The notes: generated from the letters alone by a model not told the origin. Shown: positions 1 to 11,046, counted from the stretch's first letter. The stretch is 64,000 bases of DNA from Trueperaceae bacterium (GCA_965213925.1 OZ243927.1:1-64000), one strand, 5' to 3'. Numbers and translations are program-made.

Positions 1-319
1 CTTCGAACCAGCGCTCTTGCGCCACGGCTTGGCGAAAGCGGCTCACATCAGTTTGGACCGCGAAGCGTAGCCTGTCCGCTTCGACCTCCAGGTTCTCCGC
101 CCAGGGGAGCTGCTTCGCGCCGTTTAGAAGTTTGCGCACGTAGCGCCGCGCTGTGGCTTCGTCCGCTTCGGGGCGGAAGAAAAACGCCAACTCTTCGCGG
201 CTTATCCACTCGCCGTAGTGTGCCAAGTAAAAGAGCAACCAGGAGGGTTTGTTAAGGGGTAGGTCAATCTGTTGCGCGTCCGTATGAACTGTGGGTGAAC
301 CTAAGAGATGAAGCGTCAT
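1..319 (-). CDS. SARP/AfsR-type transcriptional activator, N-terminal part (runs off window)
   Basis: Manual translation from ATG at 319: MTLHLLGSPTV...LLFYLAHYGEWISREELAFFF...DVSRFRQA, typical wHTH leading into a BTAD domain; AAAGGA SD upstream. Confidence 0.75.
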   Translation of the reverse strand, partial: MTLHLLGSPTVHTDAQQIDLPLNKPSWLLFYLAHYGEWISREELAFFFRPEADEATARRYVRKLLNGAKQLPWAENLEVEADRLRFAVQTDVSRFRQAVAQERWFE

Positions 320-758
320 ACACGTCCTTTAGCAGGTGTCAAAGTTTGTCTCACTGGCGTTCGGAGCTGGTTTGGGTGGGTGAAATTAAGTCGCGTGGTA
401 CCGTCGCTAGGTGAAGCAATGCTCTCTATGGAAAAAGCGTGAGTGGGCGCTCATGTTCGGTGATGAAGTTCCGTCGGCTCTCCTCTTCGAAACGCAAAAA
501 CTTTGTAGAGCGAGCTGACATCTGCGACAGGCTGTTTCGAGGTGTCTCGAGCGGGCTGCTTGTAGGGTGAGAGGTCGGGGGCAGTCGTAGAGAAAGAGTG
601 AGGGTGACACGGGTTTCCTCCCCTTGAAGTCCAAGGTACTCCAAAATTCGCTCACCAGGACCGAATGTGACACAACTTCTCACTTTTTTATCATCTCTCT
701 TAAAGGTTAATGAAAGGGACGAGCTTTATGCCCGTACATCCGAGCAACAGCGCGCAGC

Positions 759-1763
759 ATGGCTCTTCTCCGAAGTGACGTAAAGTGGGGAATGCGGTCC
801 TTTGCCCTAAGCTTTCTCATCCTCTTAGGAACGCTTCTAAGCGCGTTTACGCTGGGCAGTTTTTTGGGGCGCTCGAGTTGGTTTTTGGACCTCTTCTCGC
901 ACTTTCACCTGCAGTACGCCGCCCTGCTCGGGCTTTGCTTAGTCGCCGCGCTGCTGCTTCGCGCCGGGCTGCTCGCCGCGCTCCTATTGCCCGCGCTGCT
1001 CGCCAACCTCGCTCTCTTGGCACCTTTTTTTCTGCCCTTTACTCCACCTAGCCCTAGCGCCGCCGAGATCGTTTCTGAGACGACCGAAGCCGCGCCACCT
1101 CGCACCCTCAGCGTGATGGCGCTCAACGTCTACATGGACAACGAGGAGTACGGCACGATCAGCGACTACCTCCGCGAAGAAGCGGCCGACGTAGTGATGC
1201 TCTCCGAGAATAAACCCGCACTCATGCGGGCGTTGGGGGAAACGCTCGGCGACCTTTACCCGCACCTTTACGACGAATCTACTCGAGGTACGTACGGTTT
1301 AGCGCTGCTGAGCCGCTACCCGCTCGAGGAGGCGAAAAGCGTGTCGCTCGGCGGGAGAGGTCGGCGCGTCATCGAAGTGACACTGGCGGAGCCTGCGCGT
1401 ATCACGCTTTTCGGCGTCCACCCCTTGCCGCCACTCGGCAGCCGCTGGGCGGCGCGGCGCAACGACGAAATCGCTAAGATAGGAACGCTCGTTCAGAGAA
1501 CCACGAACCCCGTCGTCCTTCTGGGCGACTTCAACGCCTCGCCCTGGTCGCGCCCACTGGCGCAACTAACGGAAACGACCGCGCTACGCTTCGCCAATCT
1601 GGGTTTCGGTATCCGCCCCACCTGGTCGTACCGCTCACCGCTTCTAAGCGCGCCGATCGACCACATCTTTGTGTCAAGGGCTTGGCAGGTCAGCAGCTAC
1701 CGCGTCGGGCGAGCGGTCGGGTCCGACCATCTGCCCGTGGTGGCGGAGCTTATGTTGCCATAG
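759..1763 (+). CDS. Membrane-anchored endonuclease/exonuclease/phosphatase (EEP) family protein
   Basis: N-terminal TM helices; LNV, GDFN, IDHIF and SDHLP motifs. Confidence 0.85.
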   Translation: MALLRSDVKWGMRSFALSFLILLGTLLSAFTLGSFLGRSSWFLDLFSHFHLQYAALLGLCLVAALLLRAGLLAALLLPALLANLALLAPFFLPFTPPSPSAAEIVSETTEAAPPRTLSVMALNVYMDNEEYGTISDYLREEAADVVMLSENKPALMRALGETLGDLYPHLYDESTRGTYGLALLSRYPLEEAKSVSLGGRGRRVIEVTLAEPARITLFGVHPLPPLGSRWAARRNDEIAKIGTLVQRTTNPVVLLGDFNASPWSRPLAQLTETTALRFANLGFGIRPTWSYRSPLLSAPIDHIFVSRAWQVSSYRVGRAVGSDHLPVVAELMLP

Positions 1764-1817
1764 ACTTCGTAGAGCGTTCGGCAGTACCGAACGCTCTACC
1801 CTGCAGTTTTATTTCAG

Positions 1818-2945
1818 CTACTGTCCTACAAAGATGCGCACTTCGTCCCAAGCGCTGTAGTAGCGCTGCGCCCGCTCGGGGTTCTGCTCGACGAAGAAAA
1901 GGTTGTCCATCGTCTCCTCGCTCGGGTAGATGCCGGGGTCGTTGGCGAGTTCAGGCTCGATGAGCCCTTGATCGAGCGCGACCTTGTTCGGCGTACCGTA
2001 CGCCGTGTAGTTCGAAATCTCAGCGGCGACTTGCGGGTTTAAGAGGTAGTCGATAAAGACCTTCGCAAGCTCGACGTTAGGCGCGTCTACGGGAATCGCC
2101 AGCGTGTCGATCCAGAAGTTCGTGCCGTCCGTGGGGATGACGTAGTTGTAGGTGTCGCATTCACATTCGTCCATTACCTGGAAGATGTCGCCGGAATACT
2201 CGACCACCATATCCGCCTCGCCGCGCACCAAGACCTCTTGCCCGTCGTCCTGGTTGATATAGACGACGTTGTTGCCGTTCTCGACCAAGAAGTCTTTCGC
2301 TTGCTGAATCTCTTCGGGGTCGCTCGTGTTGGGGTCTAAGCCGAGCTTGAGGAGCGCCACGCCCATCATGCCGCGAATGTCCTCCAACCAGCTCACAGAA
2401 CCGCTATAGTTGAACATATCGTCCCAAGAGGTGACCTCACCCTCGACCGCTTCGGTATTGTAGCCGATACCCATCGTCCCCCACTGGTACGGCACGCTGT
2501 AGGTGTTGTCGGGGTCGAAAGGCAGTCCGATAAAGGTCTCGTCCAAGTTGTCGAAGTTGGGGATGGTCGTCATGTCGACCGGTTGCGCGAGGTCTTCGGC
2601 GATCATCAGGGAGAGCACCGTCGCGCTCGGCACCACGACGTCGTAGCCGGGGTTGCCCTGGCGAATTTTGGCGAGCATGTCGTCATCAGTCGGGAAGGTA
2701 TCATACGTGACCGTGACGCCGCAAAGCTCCTCGAAGTTGGGGATGGTGTCCTCAGCGATGTAGGTCGACCAGTTGTACACGCTGAGCTGTTGCCCTTCAA
2801 AGCCTCCAGGACAGGTCCACTCCGATATCTGTCCTCCGGTTTCCTGCCCTCCGGTCTCTTGTCCTCCGGTTCCTTGTCCTCCGGTTTGTTGAGCTGCCGC
2901 GTAACCTAGTAGTAAGATCATCGTTAGAAAAAGCGTCAAGCGCAT
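1818..2945 (-). CDS. potD: Spermidine/putrescine ABC transporter substrate-binding protein (PotD/PotF family)
   Basis: YNWSTYI, GYDVVVPS, YSVPYQWGT motifs; signal peptide; GGAGG SD before ATG 2945. Confidence 0.85.
   Translation of the reverse strand: MRLTLFLTMILLLGYAAAQQTGGQGTGGQETGGQETGGQISEWTCPGGFEGQQLSVYNWSTYIAEDTIPNFEELCGVTVTYDTFPTDDDMLAKIRQGNPGYDVVVPSATVLSLMIAEDLAQPVDMTTIPNFDNLDETFIGLPFDPDNTYSVPYQWGTMGIGYNTEAVEGEVTSWDDMFNYSGSVSWLEDIRGMMGVALLKLGLDPNTSDPEEIQQAKDFLVENGNNVVYINQDDGQEVLVRGEADMVVEYSGDIFQVMDECECDTYNYVIPTDGTNFWIDTLAIPVDAPNVELAKVFIDYLLNPQVAAEISNYTAYGTPNKVALDQGLIEPELANDPGIYPSEETMDNLFFVEQNPERAQRYYSAWDEVRIFVGQ
2829..2888. repeat. 4 x 15-bp coding tandem repeat (xTGGQ linker)
   Basis: ctgtcctccggtttc / ctgccctccggtctc / ttgtcctccggttcc / ttgtcctccggtttg. 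Confidence 0.9.
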
Positions 2946-3058
2946 GGTTGCCTCCTTTAGGGTCATGTTCACCTAGTACTAGTTTTACCCTAAATCGAGC
3001 GCCTGCGTGAAGTACTTCACGCGCTACACCCTCTTAATGAAACTTTTGATAGAGATGT

Positions 3059-3493
3059 TCACTTCACCAGTCGAAGGGTCAACGGATAGCGGTACGAGTC
3101 CCCATTCGCTGCCCTCACACCTGCGACAATAGGCAAAATGAGCCCGGCGATGAGCAGCGCAGCCAGCGCGAGCGAGAAGAGCACGATCCCGGCGACGCTG
3201 TCGTTAATCGAGACGATGACGATAAGCGCGACGAGCGCGACGATATAGATGGAAAGAGAGAGGCTGAAGTTGAGCGCCTCTTTCGCCTGTGCGTCGAAAA
3301 AGTCGCTCTCGCCCTTTTTGATAAGCCACAAGACGAGCGGTCCTAAAAGCCCTGGAATGCCGACGAGACCGACGAGCACCGAGAGGTGCGCGGCGGCAGC
3401 CCAGCGCAAGTCCTCGCGAGGGTCCGTGCCGGTCGCAGTTTGCGATGTGGGCTCCGCAGACGTGTCCGGGTGGGGCGGTTTATTCAAATCCAT
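3059..3493 (-). CDS. DUF4870-like membrane protein
   Basis: WAAAAHLS, GPLVLWL, AKEALNF, YRYPL pattern; GGAGG SD before ATG 3493. Confidence 0.8.
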   Translation of the reverse strand: MDLNKPPHPDTSAEPTSQTATGTDPREDLRWAAAAHLSVLVGLVGIPGLLGPLVLWLIKKGESDFFDAQAKEALNFSLSLSIYIVALVALIVIVSINDSVAGIVLFSLALAALLIAGLILPIVAGVRAANGDSYRYPLTLRLVK

Positions 3494-3609
3494 CGTGTCC
3501 TCCTTAGCGGACAGTGTAGAGCACAACCTAGGAGGTTGCCTAGCGTCCATGAATTCAGCTTCATCGTCTTGCCGTGGTCTTCCTCACAAATACCGGCTAG
3601 AGTAGCCTT

Positions 3610-4206
3610 ATGATTCAAACACTTCTCCTTTGCACCACGCTCTTTTTTACCTCCGCGCACACTGCCACGCAAACGTCTGCACAAGACGACGCCACCTATA
3701 CCCTCAACCTCACGCTCAACGGCGAGCCTATCGACTGGTACGTCGGCGAGTCGGTAAACCGCAACGGCGACTGGTTTAATCCTTACGGTGAGGAGACCGT
3801 CAGGGTGCTCTTCGACGGCGGCAGCATCGACCTCAACGTCGCGGACTGGGGCACGTGGGACAACGCGCACATTATGGGCGTGAGCTATGAACGCACGGAC
3901 GACGAGACCTACACGATGAGCGCTACCGTGCGCCACGCGGACGCCGGCTGGGACGACTACGCGAACGTCATTCACTTCGCGGGCGAAAACGTCCAAAACG
4001 GTCTGCGCGAGCTTTTGCATCCACACGACAACAAGCAGCCTTTCACGCGCTCGAAGCGCGGCGTCGTCGCCTCCGGTGAGGTGCGCGTCAGCGCGAACGA
4101 CAACGTCGAGGGCGAGGACGGCACAGTGGTGACGCTCGAGCTGGACAGCGAAACGTTCACCGCTTTAGACCGCGCGGACTTAGAAATTGACCTGACGCGG
4201 AACTGA
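3610..4206 (+). CDS. Secreted hypothetical protein
   Basis: Signal peptide; VRHADAGWDDYA and LLHPHDNKQPFTRS resemble a conserved uncharacterised domain. Confidence 0.65.
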   Translation: MIQTLLLCTTLFFTSAHTATQTSAQDDATYTLNLTLNGEPIDWYVGESVNRNGDWFNPYGEETVRVLFDGGSIDLNVADWGTWDNAHIMGVSYERTDDETYTMSATVRHADAGWDDYANVIHFAGENVQNGLRELLHPHDNKQPFTRSKRGVVASGEVRVSANDNVEGEDGTVVTLELDSETFTALDRADLEIDLTRN

Positions 4207-4226
4207 GCGGTTCAAAAACCTGTGTG

Positions 4227-4259
4227 AAAAGGCGGGCTCGAGACTCGAGCCCGCTTCTC
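4227..4259. terminator. Bidirectional intrinsic terminator
   Basis: gcgggctcgag-a-ctcgagcccgc hairpin between convergent genes. Confidence 0.7.
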
Positions 4260-4277
4260 TATGTCTCGAGCGTCGCT

Positions 4278-5825
4278 CTACCCCACCGGATTCGCCAAGG
4301 ACGGCAACCACGTCACGATGCTCGGGAAGAGCACGATGAGGAGAAGTGCTACGAGTTGGATGATGATAAAGGGGATAATCCCCCTATAGATATCCGTCGT
4401 CTTAACCTCCGGCGGCGCAACCCCTTTGAGGTAAAAGAGCGCGAACCCGAAGGGCGGCGTGAGGAACGAAGCTTGTAAGTTCATAGCGATCAGCACGCCG
4501 AACCAGGGCATCATGTCCGCGCCGAAGTAGCGCAGGGCGATCGGCGCGATAAAGGGCACGACGATAAAGGTGATCTCGATAAAGTCGATGAAAAAACCCA
4601 AGAGGAAAATGGTGAGCATCGTAAAGAACAGAAAGCCCCACTGACCGCCGGGCAGGTTCAGGAGAAAGCCGTCTACGAGTTGCGGTCCGCGCAGCGCGTT
4701 GAAGACCATGCTAAAGGTCGTCGCGCCGACCAAGATGATAAAGACCATGCTGGTCAGCTTGACGGTCTGGTCCATTGTGTCGAGCATATTCTGCAAGTTG
4801 AGCTTGCGGTTGACGAGCGCTAGGAGCATCGCGCCGATCGCGCCCGCCGCGCCCGCTTCGGTGGGCGTCGCCCAGCCGCCGAAAATCGAGCCCAACACGA
4901 GCAGGATAAGCGCCAAAGGCGGGATGAGGTTGACGACGACCTTGTACATTAAAGGCGAATTCCAGTTGCGGACGAAAAGCCAGCCCATCAGCAGAAAGGC
5001 GACCGCGAAAAGCACGTAGAAGAGCACGTTCGCGCCGCCCGCCGAAATCGCGAAGAGCTGCAAGATGATGAAGATAAACCCGTACAGAAACGCGAAACCG
5101 ACGATCATCAGCGGGATTTTGATGTACGGCGAGACGTCGATTGGCTTAATGGTACGCGCCTCGAGGGGCATCGCGGGGGCTTCTTTGGGGCGCGTAAAGG
5201 CGACGAAGACCACCCACAGCGCGAAGAGCCCCGCTAACATAAAGCCCGGAATCGCCGCGCCCAAGAAAAGCTCGCCGACCGAAACGCCGATCTGGTCTCC
5301 GAGAATCACGAGCACGATGCTCGGCGGGATAATCTGCCCTAACGTGCCCGATGAGGCGATCACCCCCGTCGCGAGCGGTTTGCTGTAGTTGTATTTGAGC
5401 ATGATCGGCAGCGCCAACACGCCCATCGTGACGACCGACGCGCCGACGACGCCCGTCGAGGCGGCAAGAAGTGCGCCCACGGCGACGACCGAGATGGCGA
5501 GGCCGCCGCGCAAGGAGCCGAAAAGGGTGCCCATCGTCTCGAGCAGCTCCTCGGCCAGCCCGGATTTCTCCAGCATCACCCCCATAAAGACGAAAAAGGG
5601 CACCGCGACGAGCGTGTAGTTGTCCATGATGGTGCCGTAGATGCGCTGCGGCAAGATGTTTAAGCGGGCGAGCCGAAAGGCGTCCTCCCAGGGCCAGAAA
5701 GGAACCAAGTCGCTGAAGAAGAGGGTGAACAAGAACGCGGTGCCGCCTAAGCTGAAGGCAACGGGATAACCGATGAGCAGTAGCCCGATGGCGGCGGCGA
5801 ACATCCACAAGCCGAGATATTCCAC
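4278..5825 (-). CDS. dctM: TRAP transporter large permease
   Basis: AVPFFVFMG, GTLGQIIPPS, TPTEA, FLTPPFG motifs. Confidence 0.93.
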   Translation of the reverse strand: MEYLGLWMFAAAIGLLLIGYPVAFSLGGTAFLFTLFFSDLVPFWPWEDAFRLARLNILPQRIYGTIMDNYTLVAVPFFVFMGVMLEKSGLAEELLETMGTLFGSLRGGLAISVVAVGALLAASTGVVGASVVTMGVLALPIMLKYNYSKPLATGVIASSGTLGQIIPPSIVLVILGDQIGVSVGELFLGAAIPGFMLAGLFALWVVFVAFTRPKEAPAMPLEARTIKPIDVSPYIKIPLMIVGFAFLYGFIFIILQLFAISAGGANVLFYVLFAVAFLLMGWLFVRNWNSPLMYKVVVNLIPPLALILLVLGSIFGGWATPTEAGAAGAIGAMLLALVNRKLNLQNMLDTMDQTVKLTSMVFIILVGATTFSMVFNALRGPQLVDGFLLNLPGGQWGFLFFTMLTIFLLGFFIDFIEITFIVVPFIAPIALRYFGADMMPWFGVLIAMNLQASFLTPPFGFALFYLKGVAPPEVKTTDIYRGIIPFIIIQLVALLLIVLFPSIVTWLPSLANPVG

Positions 5826-5826
5826 G

Positions 5827-6393
5827 CTACACCGCCTCCGTCTCTTCAGTCACCTTGTCGTGCTGCTCGTACCCTTCGACGCCGCGCAAGAACGCGGCGC
5901 GCTTGATGATTTCACTAACCGCTTGAAAGATGAGCAGCACGAACGCGACGATGATGACGGTCTTGATAGGATAGACGGGCAAACCGCCCGCGTTGACGTT
6001 CACTTCGCCCTGCTGCCACGAACGCTCCACATAGCCCCAGCTAAAGTAGATGCCCATGATGCAAAAGGGAATGAGGAAAATAAAAGTCATGACGATGTCC
6101 ACCCACGCCTTTAAGCGTGGGCTGTAGTTGGAGAAGAGGATGTCCACGCGCACGTGTGCGTCTTTGTTGAAGACGTACGCCGCACCGAGCAAAAAGATGA
6201 GGTTGTAGGCGTAGGTCTGCAAGGTGATGTAGAGCGTGCCGCCTAGAGATATATTGAGCGCCCGTCCTAAGTTGCGCGTAATCACATTGAACGCGCCTAG
6301 GAGCACCATGACGAGCGTGAGCCAGAACATCACGTAGGCAATCCAAGTTGTAACCGTGTCAATCGCTTTAGAGATGGCTAGAAGACCCCGCAC
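5827..6393 (-). CDS. dctQ: TRAP transporter small permease
   Basis: 4 TM helices, HVRVDIL motif, adjacent to dctM. Confidence 0.9.
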   Translation of the reverse strand: MRGLLAISKAIDTVTTWIAYVMFWLTLVMVLLGAFNVITRNLGRALNISLGGTLYITLQTYAYNLIFLLGAAYVFNKDAHVRVDILFSNYSPRLKAWVDIVMTFIFLIPFCIMGIYFSWGYVERSWQQGEVNVNAGGLPVYPIKTVIIVAFVLLIFQAVSEIIKRAAFLRGVEGYEQHDKVTEETEAV

Positions 6394-6759
6394 AGGGTTT
6401 CGCCTCCTTTCGTAGCAGGCATCATCTGGTCATAGACACGCCCAGCGAGAAAAGCGGGGCGGAGTCTGTGCTTGAGATGAGACTTGCGTAGCTGCGTTGC
6501 GACGCTCGGCAGAACGGCACCTAACCGGAACCACAATTCGCTCGCAACTCGTTAAAACGTATCGTTGTATCGTATCCGTTTGCACAGTTGCGCGTCAATG
6601 CGGAAAGGAGGGGTTTGAGACGGGTTTTCCTTTGTATGAAGGTGAGGCGCTTTATGTTCACAAAGAAGTCTGACGTTTGCCTGGTGGTTGCATGGGAGGG
6701 AGCAAGGAGTTAAAAGCTTTGATTTCTACTCACTACAGCGTTAAGTAAGAAACGAGCTA

Positions 6760-6886
6760 TGTCATTCTGAACGGAGCCCTACGGCGAGCGTAGGATAGAC
6801 TCCGCGGAGTGAAAGAATCTCTGCCCTTGCTGACTCCTCTTGCAGAGATTGCAGGACGAGACCCCTCGACGTGGCTCGGAGTGACA
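6760..6886. repeat. REP/REPIN-like inverted-repeat element, copy 1
   Basis: TGTCATTCTGA...AAGAATCTC...GAGACCCCTC...GAGTGACA; related inverted copy at 22622-22770. Confidence 0.6.
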
Positions 6887-6984
6887 ATAGTGTCGCAGAA
6901 TTTAGTTGACAGAGTACTCATTGCTCGTTACTCACTGCTCGTTACTCGTTTCTCACCACTTCCAACTCGAGCTACACTCTCCCT

Positions 6985-7968
6985 ATGAACCTCCTCATCT
7001 TAGGCGGCACCCGCTTCGTCGGGCGGCACATGACGAGAGCGGCGTTGGAGCGCAACCACAGCGTCACCCTCTTCAACAGGGGCAACACCAACCCAGACCT
7101 CTTCCCGGACGCCGAGCACCTACGCGGTGACAGAGACGGCGACATGAGCGCGCTAGAAGGGAGAGCGTGGGACGCGGTCTTGGACACGAGCGGGTATCTG
7201 CCGCGAATTGTGAGGAGGTCAGCGGAGCTTGTCGACGCGGCGCACTACACGTTCGTCTCGAGCATCTCCGTCTACCCCGACGACATGCCGCCTCGCGCCG
7301 ACGAAAGCGCCCATGTGATTCAACTCGAGGACCCTACCACCGAGGAGGTCGAGGGCGAGACCTACGGCGGTCTCAAGGTACTGTGTGAAGAGGTGGTTAA
7401 AGAGGTCTTCCCTGACTCTGCCCTTCTCTTGCGCCCAGGTCTTATCGTCGGACCCTTCGACTACACCGACCGCTTTGTGTACTGGCCGCACCGCGTAGAC
7501 GAAGGCGGTGAAGTATTAGCACCTGAAAGTCCGGACGTGCCGATTCAATTTATCGACGCGAGAGATTTTGCCGAGTTTACCCTCGCCTCGATTGAAGCGA
7601 GGCTCACGGGCACCTACAACGTCGTGAGCAACGCAGATCACTTCACGGTGGGGGACCTTTTGGAGACGTGCAAGAAGGTGAGCGAAAGTGACGCGCGCTT
7701 TACGTGGGTCGCCGAAGACTTCTTGCTAGAGCAAGGTATCAGACGGTGGAGTTGGGATTTGCCTCTATGGATGAAGGAAGAGGACCGGAACTTCCTCCGC
7801 GTCAGCAGCGAGAAGGCGTTAGGTCAGGGTTTGGAGATAAGACCTTTAGAGCTAACCGTCCGCGACACGCTCGGTTGGAACAAAACCAGACCGGCGGGCG
7901 AGTTCACTAGAGTCGTATCAAAGGAAAGAGAGCAGGAGATTTTAAAAGAGTGGCACGCTCGCACGTAG
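6985..7968 (+). CDS. NAD-dependent epimerase/dehydratase (atypical SDR)
   Basis: GGTRFVG Rossmann motif, SSISVY, YGGLK. Confidence 0.9.
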   Translation: MNLLILGGTRFVGRHMTRAALERNHSVTLFNRGNTNPDLFPDAEHLRGDRDGDMSALEGRAWDAVLDTSGYLPRIVRRSAELVDAAHYTFVSSISVYPDDMPPRADESAHVIQLEDPTTEEVEGETYGGLKVLCEEVVKEVFPDSALLLRPGLIVGPFDYTDRFVYWPHRVDEGGEVLAPESPDVPIQFIDARDFAEFTLASIEARLTGTYNVVSNADHFTVGDLLETCKKVSESDARFTWVAEDFLLEQGIRRWSWDLPLWMKEEDRNFLRVSSEKALGQGLEIRPLELTVRDTLGWNKTRPAGEFTRVVSKEREQEILKEWHART

Positions 7969-7990
7969 AAAGCAACTTCTGAGAAGGATA

Positions 7991-8030
7991 GAAAAAGCCG
8001 CTTCCCGACATTGTCAGGAAGCGGCTTTTC
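7991..8030. terminator. Bidirectional intrinsic terminator
   Basis: aaaagccgcttcc...ggaagcggctttt between SDR gene and tRNA-Ser. Confidence 0.85.
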
Positions 8031-8034
8031 GGTC

Positions 8035-8128
<94 letters not shown>

Positions 8129-8206
8129 AAGCCCGACCGAGCAGTACGCAAGAGTATACCGCATCAAGCGCGGTTTGTCACGCGCCTACGCCGCACGAAC
8201 TTTAAC

Positions 8207-9853
8207 TCAATCCCGCGAACGCCGCGTCCTAAAGAACTCACTGAGCAGCTCGCCCGCTTCACGCGCCAACACGCCCGGACGCACCCCGACCTCTCTCTTC
8301 CAAGGCGACCTCCGCATATCGCTCACGCCGCCTAAGGCACCTTCGCGCAGGTTCGCCGCGCCGTAAACGAGGCGGGGTAGGTGAGCTTGCAGGGCTGCGC
8401 CGAAACACATGGGGCAGGGCTCGAGCGTCACATAGAGCGTACACCTCGTCAAGCGCCAATCGCCGAGGTGCTGCGCCGCGTTTCTCAGCGCGTGCACCTC
8501 GGCGTGGGCGGTGGGGTCGCGCTCAGCTTCGGTCGCGTTGGCACCCGAGCCGATGACGCGCCCTTCGTGAACGACGACTGCACCGATGGGCAGCTCTCCC
8601 CTATCCGCGGCGGCTCGAGCCTGCGCTAGTGCTAAGCGCATCCACTTCATATCGCCATCCTCTTGTACTCGAGCGACCCGAACGTCCGCCGCCACCCCTT
8701 CAACCCACAACACCTCTTCACCTGACGCGAGTAGGCGCAAGGTGTCGCGCGCCTCACGCGGGACTTTGCGCTCGATCAAGAGGTCGCTCAGCTTCTTGCT
8801 GCCGCCGACTAAGCGAATGCGGTCACCGGGGCGGCGCGCGCGGTAGGTGACGTTTGGAAAGGCGCTGAGCTTAGCGGGGTCGAGTTCGGGTGGCAGAGTT
8901 TCAAGCGGAGCGAATTCGAAAGGAGATTCGGATGTGTTAGGGATGACCTCGAGCCGCCCATACGCCCGCCGCGCCGTTTTATCTTTAGGAAGCGAAAGCC
9001 GAAAAGGAGAAGAGGTCGAGAGATGCTCTCGGAGCGTTTCAACATGAAAGAGGTCGGGCGGAACGTCAGCGCGGCGCAAGAGGTCGGCGATGGCTTCACG
9101 CTGCACGGCAGCGTCCTCTTTCTGCAACGCATCAGTGGGCAAGCTCTCCTCTTCGAACAAACTCGAGGCGAGCCGTTTAAAGTGCGCCGCTCCGTCGCGC
9201 TGCAAAAGCGCGAGTTGCGCGAGTTGTCCGGTGAGGTTGGGGTAGCGCGCCTTCAGAAGCGGCAGCACCTCGTGACGTACCCAAGCCCTAGTTTTAGAGA
9301 GGTCCGCGTTACTAGCATCCGTCCGGTAAGACTGACCCATAGCCGCCAAGTAGCGCTCGAGGTCTTCCCTTTGAATGTCCAACAGTGGGCGCACCACCTG
9401 TCTCTGTTTAGCGGGCATTCCCCGCAAATAGGCGGCACCTCTTAGGAGTTGCATCAAGACCGTTTCAGCTTGGTCACTTTGAGTGTGTCCGGTTACCGTA
9501 GCATCCGCGCCTACGCGCTTCGCGGTGCGCGCAAGGTAGGCGTAGCGCAGCCGCCGCGCGGCGTCCTCTAGGTTCCAACCCTTCGCCTGGGCGATGCGGG
9601 CGACCTCGGCGCGTTCGGAGTGAAAAGGTAACGAGAGGTCCGCGCAGAGCGACCTTATGAACTTAGCGTCCTCCTCCGAATCGGGGCGCAGGGCGTGGTC
9701 GAAATGGGCGACCTCTAAGCGGTAGTCCAGGTGTTCGAGCAGCCTGAGCAGCGCCACCGAGTCGGAGCCGCCCGACACCGCCACGAGGAGCGTTCGGGCG
9801 TTCGGCTCGAGCCTCTTCAAACGCTCCTCCACGTGCTGCTCTAAACGCTTCAC
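8207..9853 (-). CDS. tilS: TilS (tRNA-Ile lysidine synthetase) fused to C-terminal TadA-type tRNA adenosine deaminase
   Basis: SGGSDS PP-loop, ARRLRY, GHTQSDQAET, RPLL; C-terminal HAE and TLEPCPMC. Confidence 0.93.
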   Translation of the reverse strand: MKRLEQHVEERLKRLEPNARTLLVAVSGGSDSVALLRLLEHLDYRLEVAHFDHALRPDSEEDAKFIRSLCADLSLPFHSERAEVARIAQAKGWNLEDAARRLRYAYLARTAKRVGADATVTGHTQSDQAETVLMQLLRGAAYLRGMPAKQRQVVRPLLDIQREDLERYLAAMGQSYRTDASNADLSKTRAWVRHEVLPLLKARYPNLTGQLAQLALLQRDGAAHFKRLASSLFEEESLPTDALQKEDAAVQREAIADLLRRADVPPDLFHVETLREHLSTSSPFRLSLPKDKTARRAYGRLEVIPNTSESPFEFAPLETLPPELDPAKLSAFPNVTYRARRPGDRIRLVGGSKKLSDLLIERKVPREARDTLRLLASGEEVLWVEGVAADVRVARVQEDGDMKWMRLALAQARAAADRGELPIGAVVVHEGRVIGSGANATEAERDPTAHAEVHALRNAAQHLGDWRLTRCTLYVTLEPCPMCFGAALQAHLPRLVYGAANLREGALGGVSDMRRSPWKREVGVRPGVLAREAGELLSEFFRTRRSRD

Positions 9854-9890
9854 ACGCTATTATCGCCCATTTAGCCCGTTATACTGAGCC

Positions 9891-11045
9891 ATGACCGTTA
9901 CCGTTATCGTATTAGATTCCGTCGGCGTGGGCGCGTTGCCCGACGCCGAGTCCTTTGGCGACGCGGGCGCGCACACGCTCGACCACACGTTGGGGAAGAC
10001 GGGGGTGACGCTGCCGAACTTTCAGAAGCTGGGGCTGGGCAACATCTCGAGCGTCTCCTCTATCGCTCCCGTTGATATCCCTTCGGGCGCTTATGGACGC
10101 CTGAACGAAGTCTCCCCCGGTAAGGACACCACAACAGGGCACTGGGAATTTATGGGCGTACAACTCGGAGAACCGTTCAACACCTTTGAACATTTCCCGC
10201 AAGAGGTCATGGACGCCTTTAGCGAGGTGACGGGGACGGGGCATCTCGGCAACCGCCCCGCCTCGGGCACGCAGATTATCGAAGACTTGGGGGAGGAACA
10301 TTTAGAGACGGGTCAGCCTATCGTCTACACCAGTGCCGACAGCGTCTTTCAGATTGCGACGCATGTCAACATCACGCCGGTAGAAACGCTCTACGAGTGG
10401 TGCGAGGGCGCGAGGGAGATTCTAAAGGGGAAATACGCGGTCGCGAGGGTGATCGCTCGTCCCTTTAAGGGTGAGCCCGGCAGCTTCATACGCATCGGCG
10501 AAGCGCGCAAGGACTTCTCACTGACGCCGCCGCACCCCACCGTGCTCAACGCGCTGCGTGACGCGGGCAAAGCGGTCATCGGCATCGGAAAAATCCCAGA
10601 TATTTACAACCACAGCGGCTTCACGGAGGAGGTCCACACGGACTCGAACCTAGACGGCGTCGAAAAAACCTTGAACGCGATGCGAGAACGCCCGGACGGT
10701 CTCATCTTCTGTAACCTCGTCGAGTTCGACTCGCTCTACGGTCATCGCCGCGACCCGGAGGGCTACGCTGAGGCGTTGCAAGAGGTAGACGCGCGGTTGC
10801 CGCAGCTTTTAGAAACGGTCGGTGAGGGTGACATGCTCTTTTTCGTGAGCGACCACGGCAACGACCCGACGTGGCACGGCTCCGACCACACGCGGGAGCA
10901 CGGGCTTTTGCTCGCTTGCGGCGGACAGACCGCCGACTTAGGGACGCGCCGAAGTTTCGCCGATTTGGGCTCGAGCGTGGCGGAGCTTCTAGGGGTGGCG
11001 TGGGACGGCGCGGGCGAGAGCTTCGCCGCAAAGTTGAGAGGTTGA
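9891..11045 (+). CDS. deoB: Phosphopentomutase
   Basis: [38 protein letters not shown]. Confidence 0.96.
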   Translation: MTVTVIVLDSVGVGALPDAESFGDAGAHTLDHTLGKTGVTLPNFQKLGLGNISSVSSIAPVDIPSGAYGRLNEVSPGKDTTTGHWEFMGVQLGEPFNTFEHFPQEVMDAFSEVTGTGHLGNRPASGTQIIEDLGEEHLETGQPIVYTSADSVFQIATHVNITPVETLYEWCEGAREILKGKYAVARVIARPFKGEPGSFIRIGEARKDFSLTPPHPTVLNALRDAGKAVIGIGKIPDIYNHSGFTEEVHTDSNLDGVEKTLNAMRERPDGLIFCNLVEFDSLYGHRRDPEGYAEALQEVDARLPQLLETVGEGDMLFFVSDHGNDPTWHGSDHTREHGLLLACGGQTADLGTRRSFADLGSSVAELLGVAWDGAGESFAAKLRG

Positions 11046-11046
11046 G

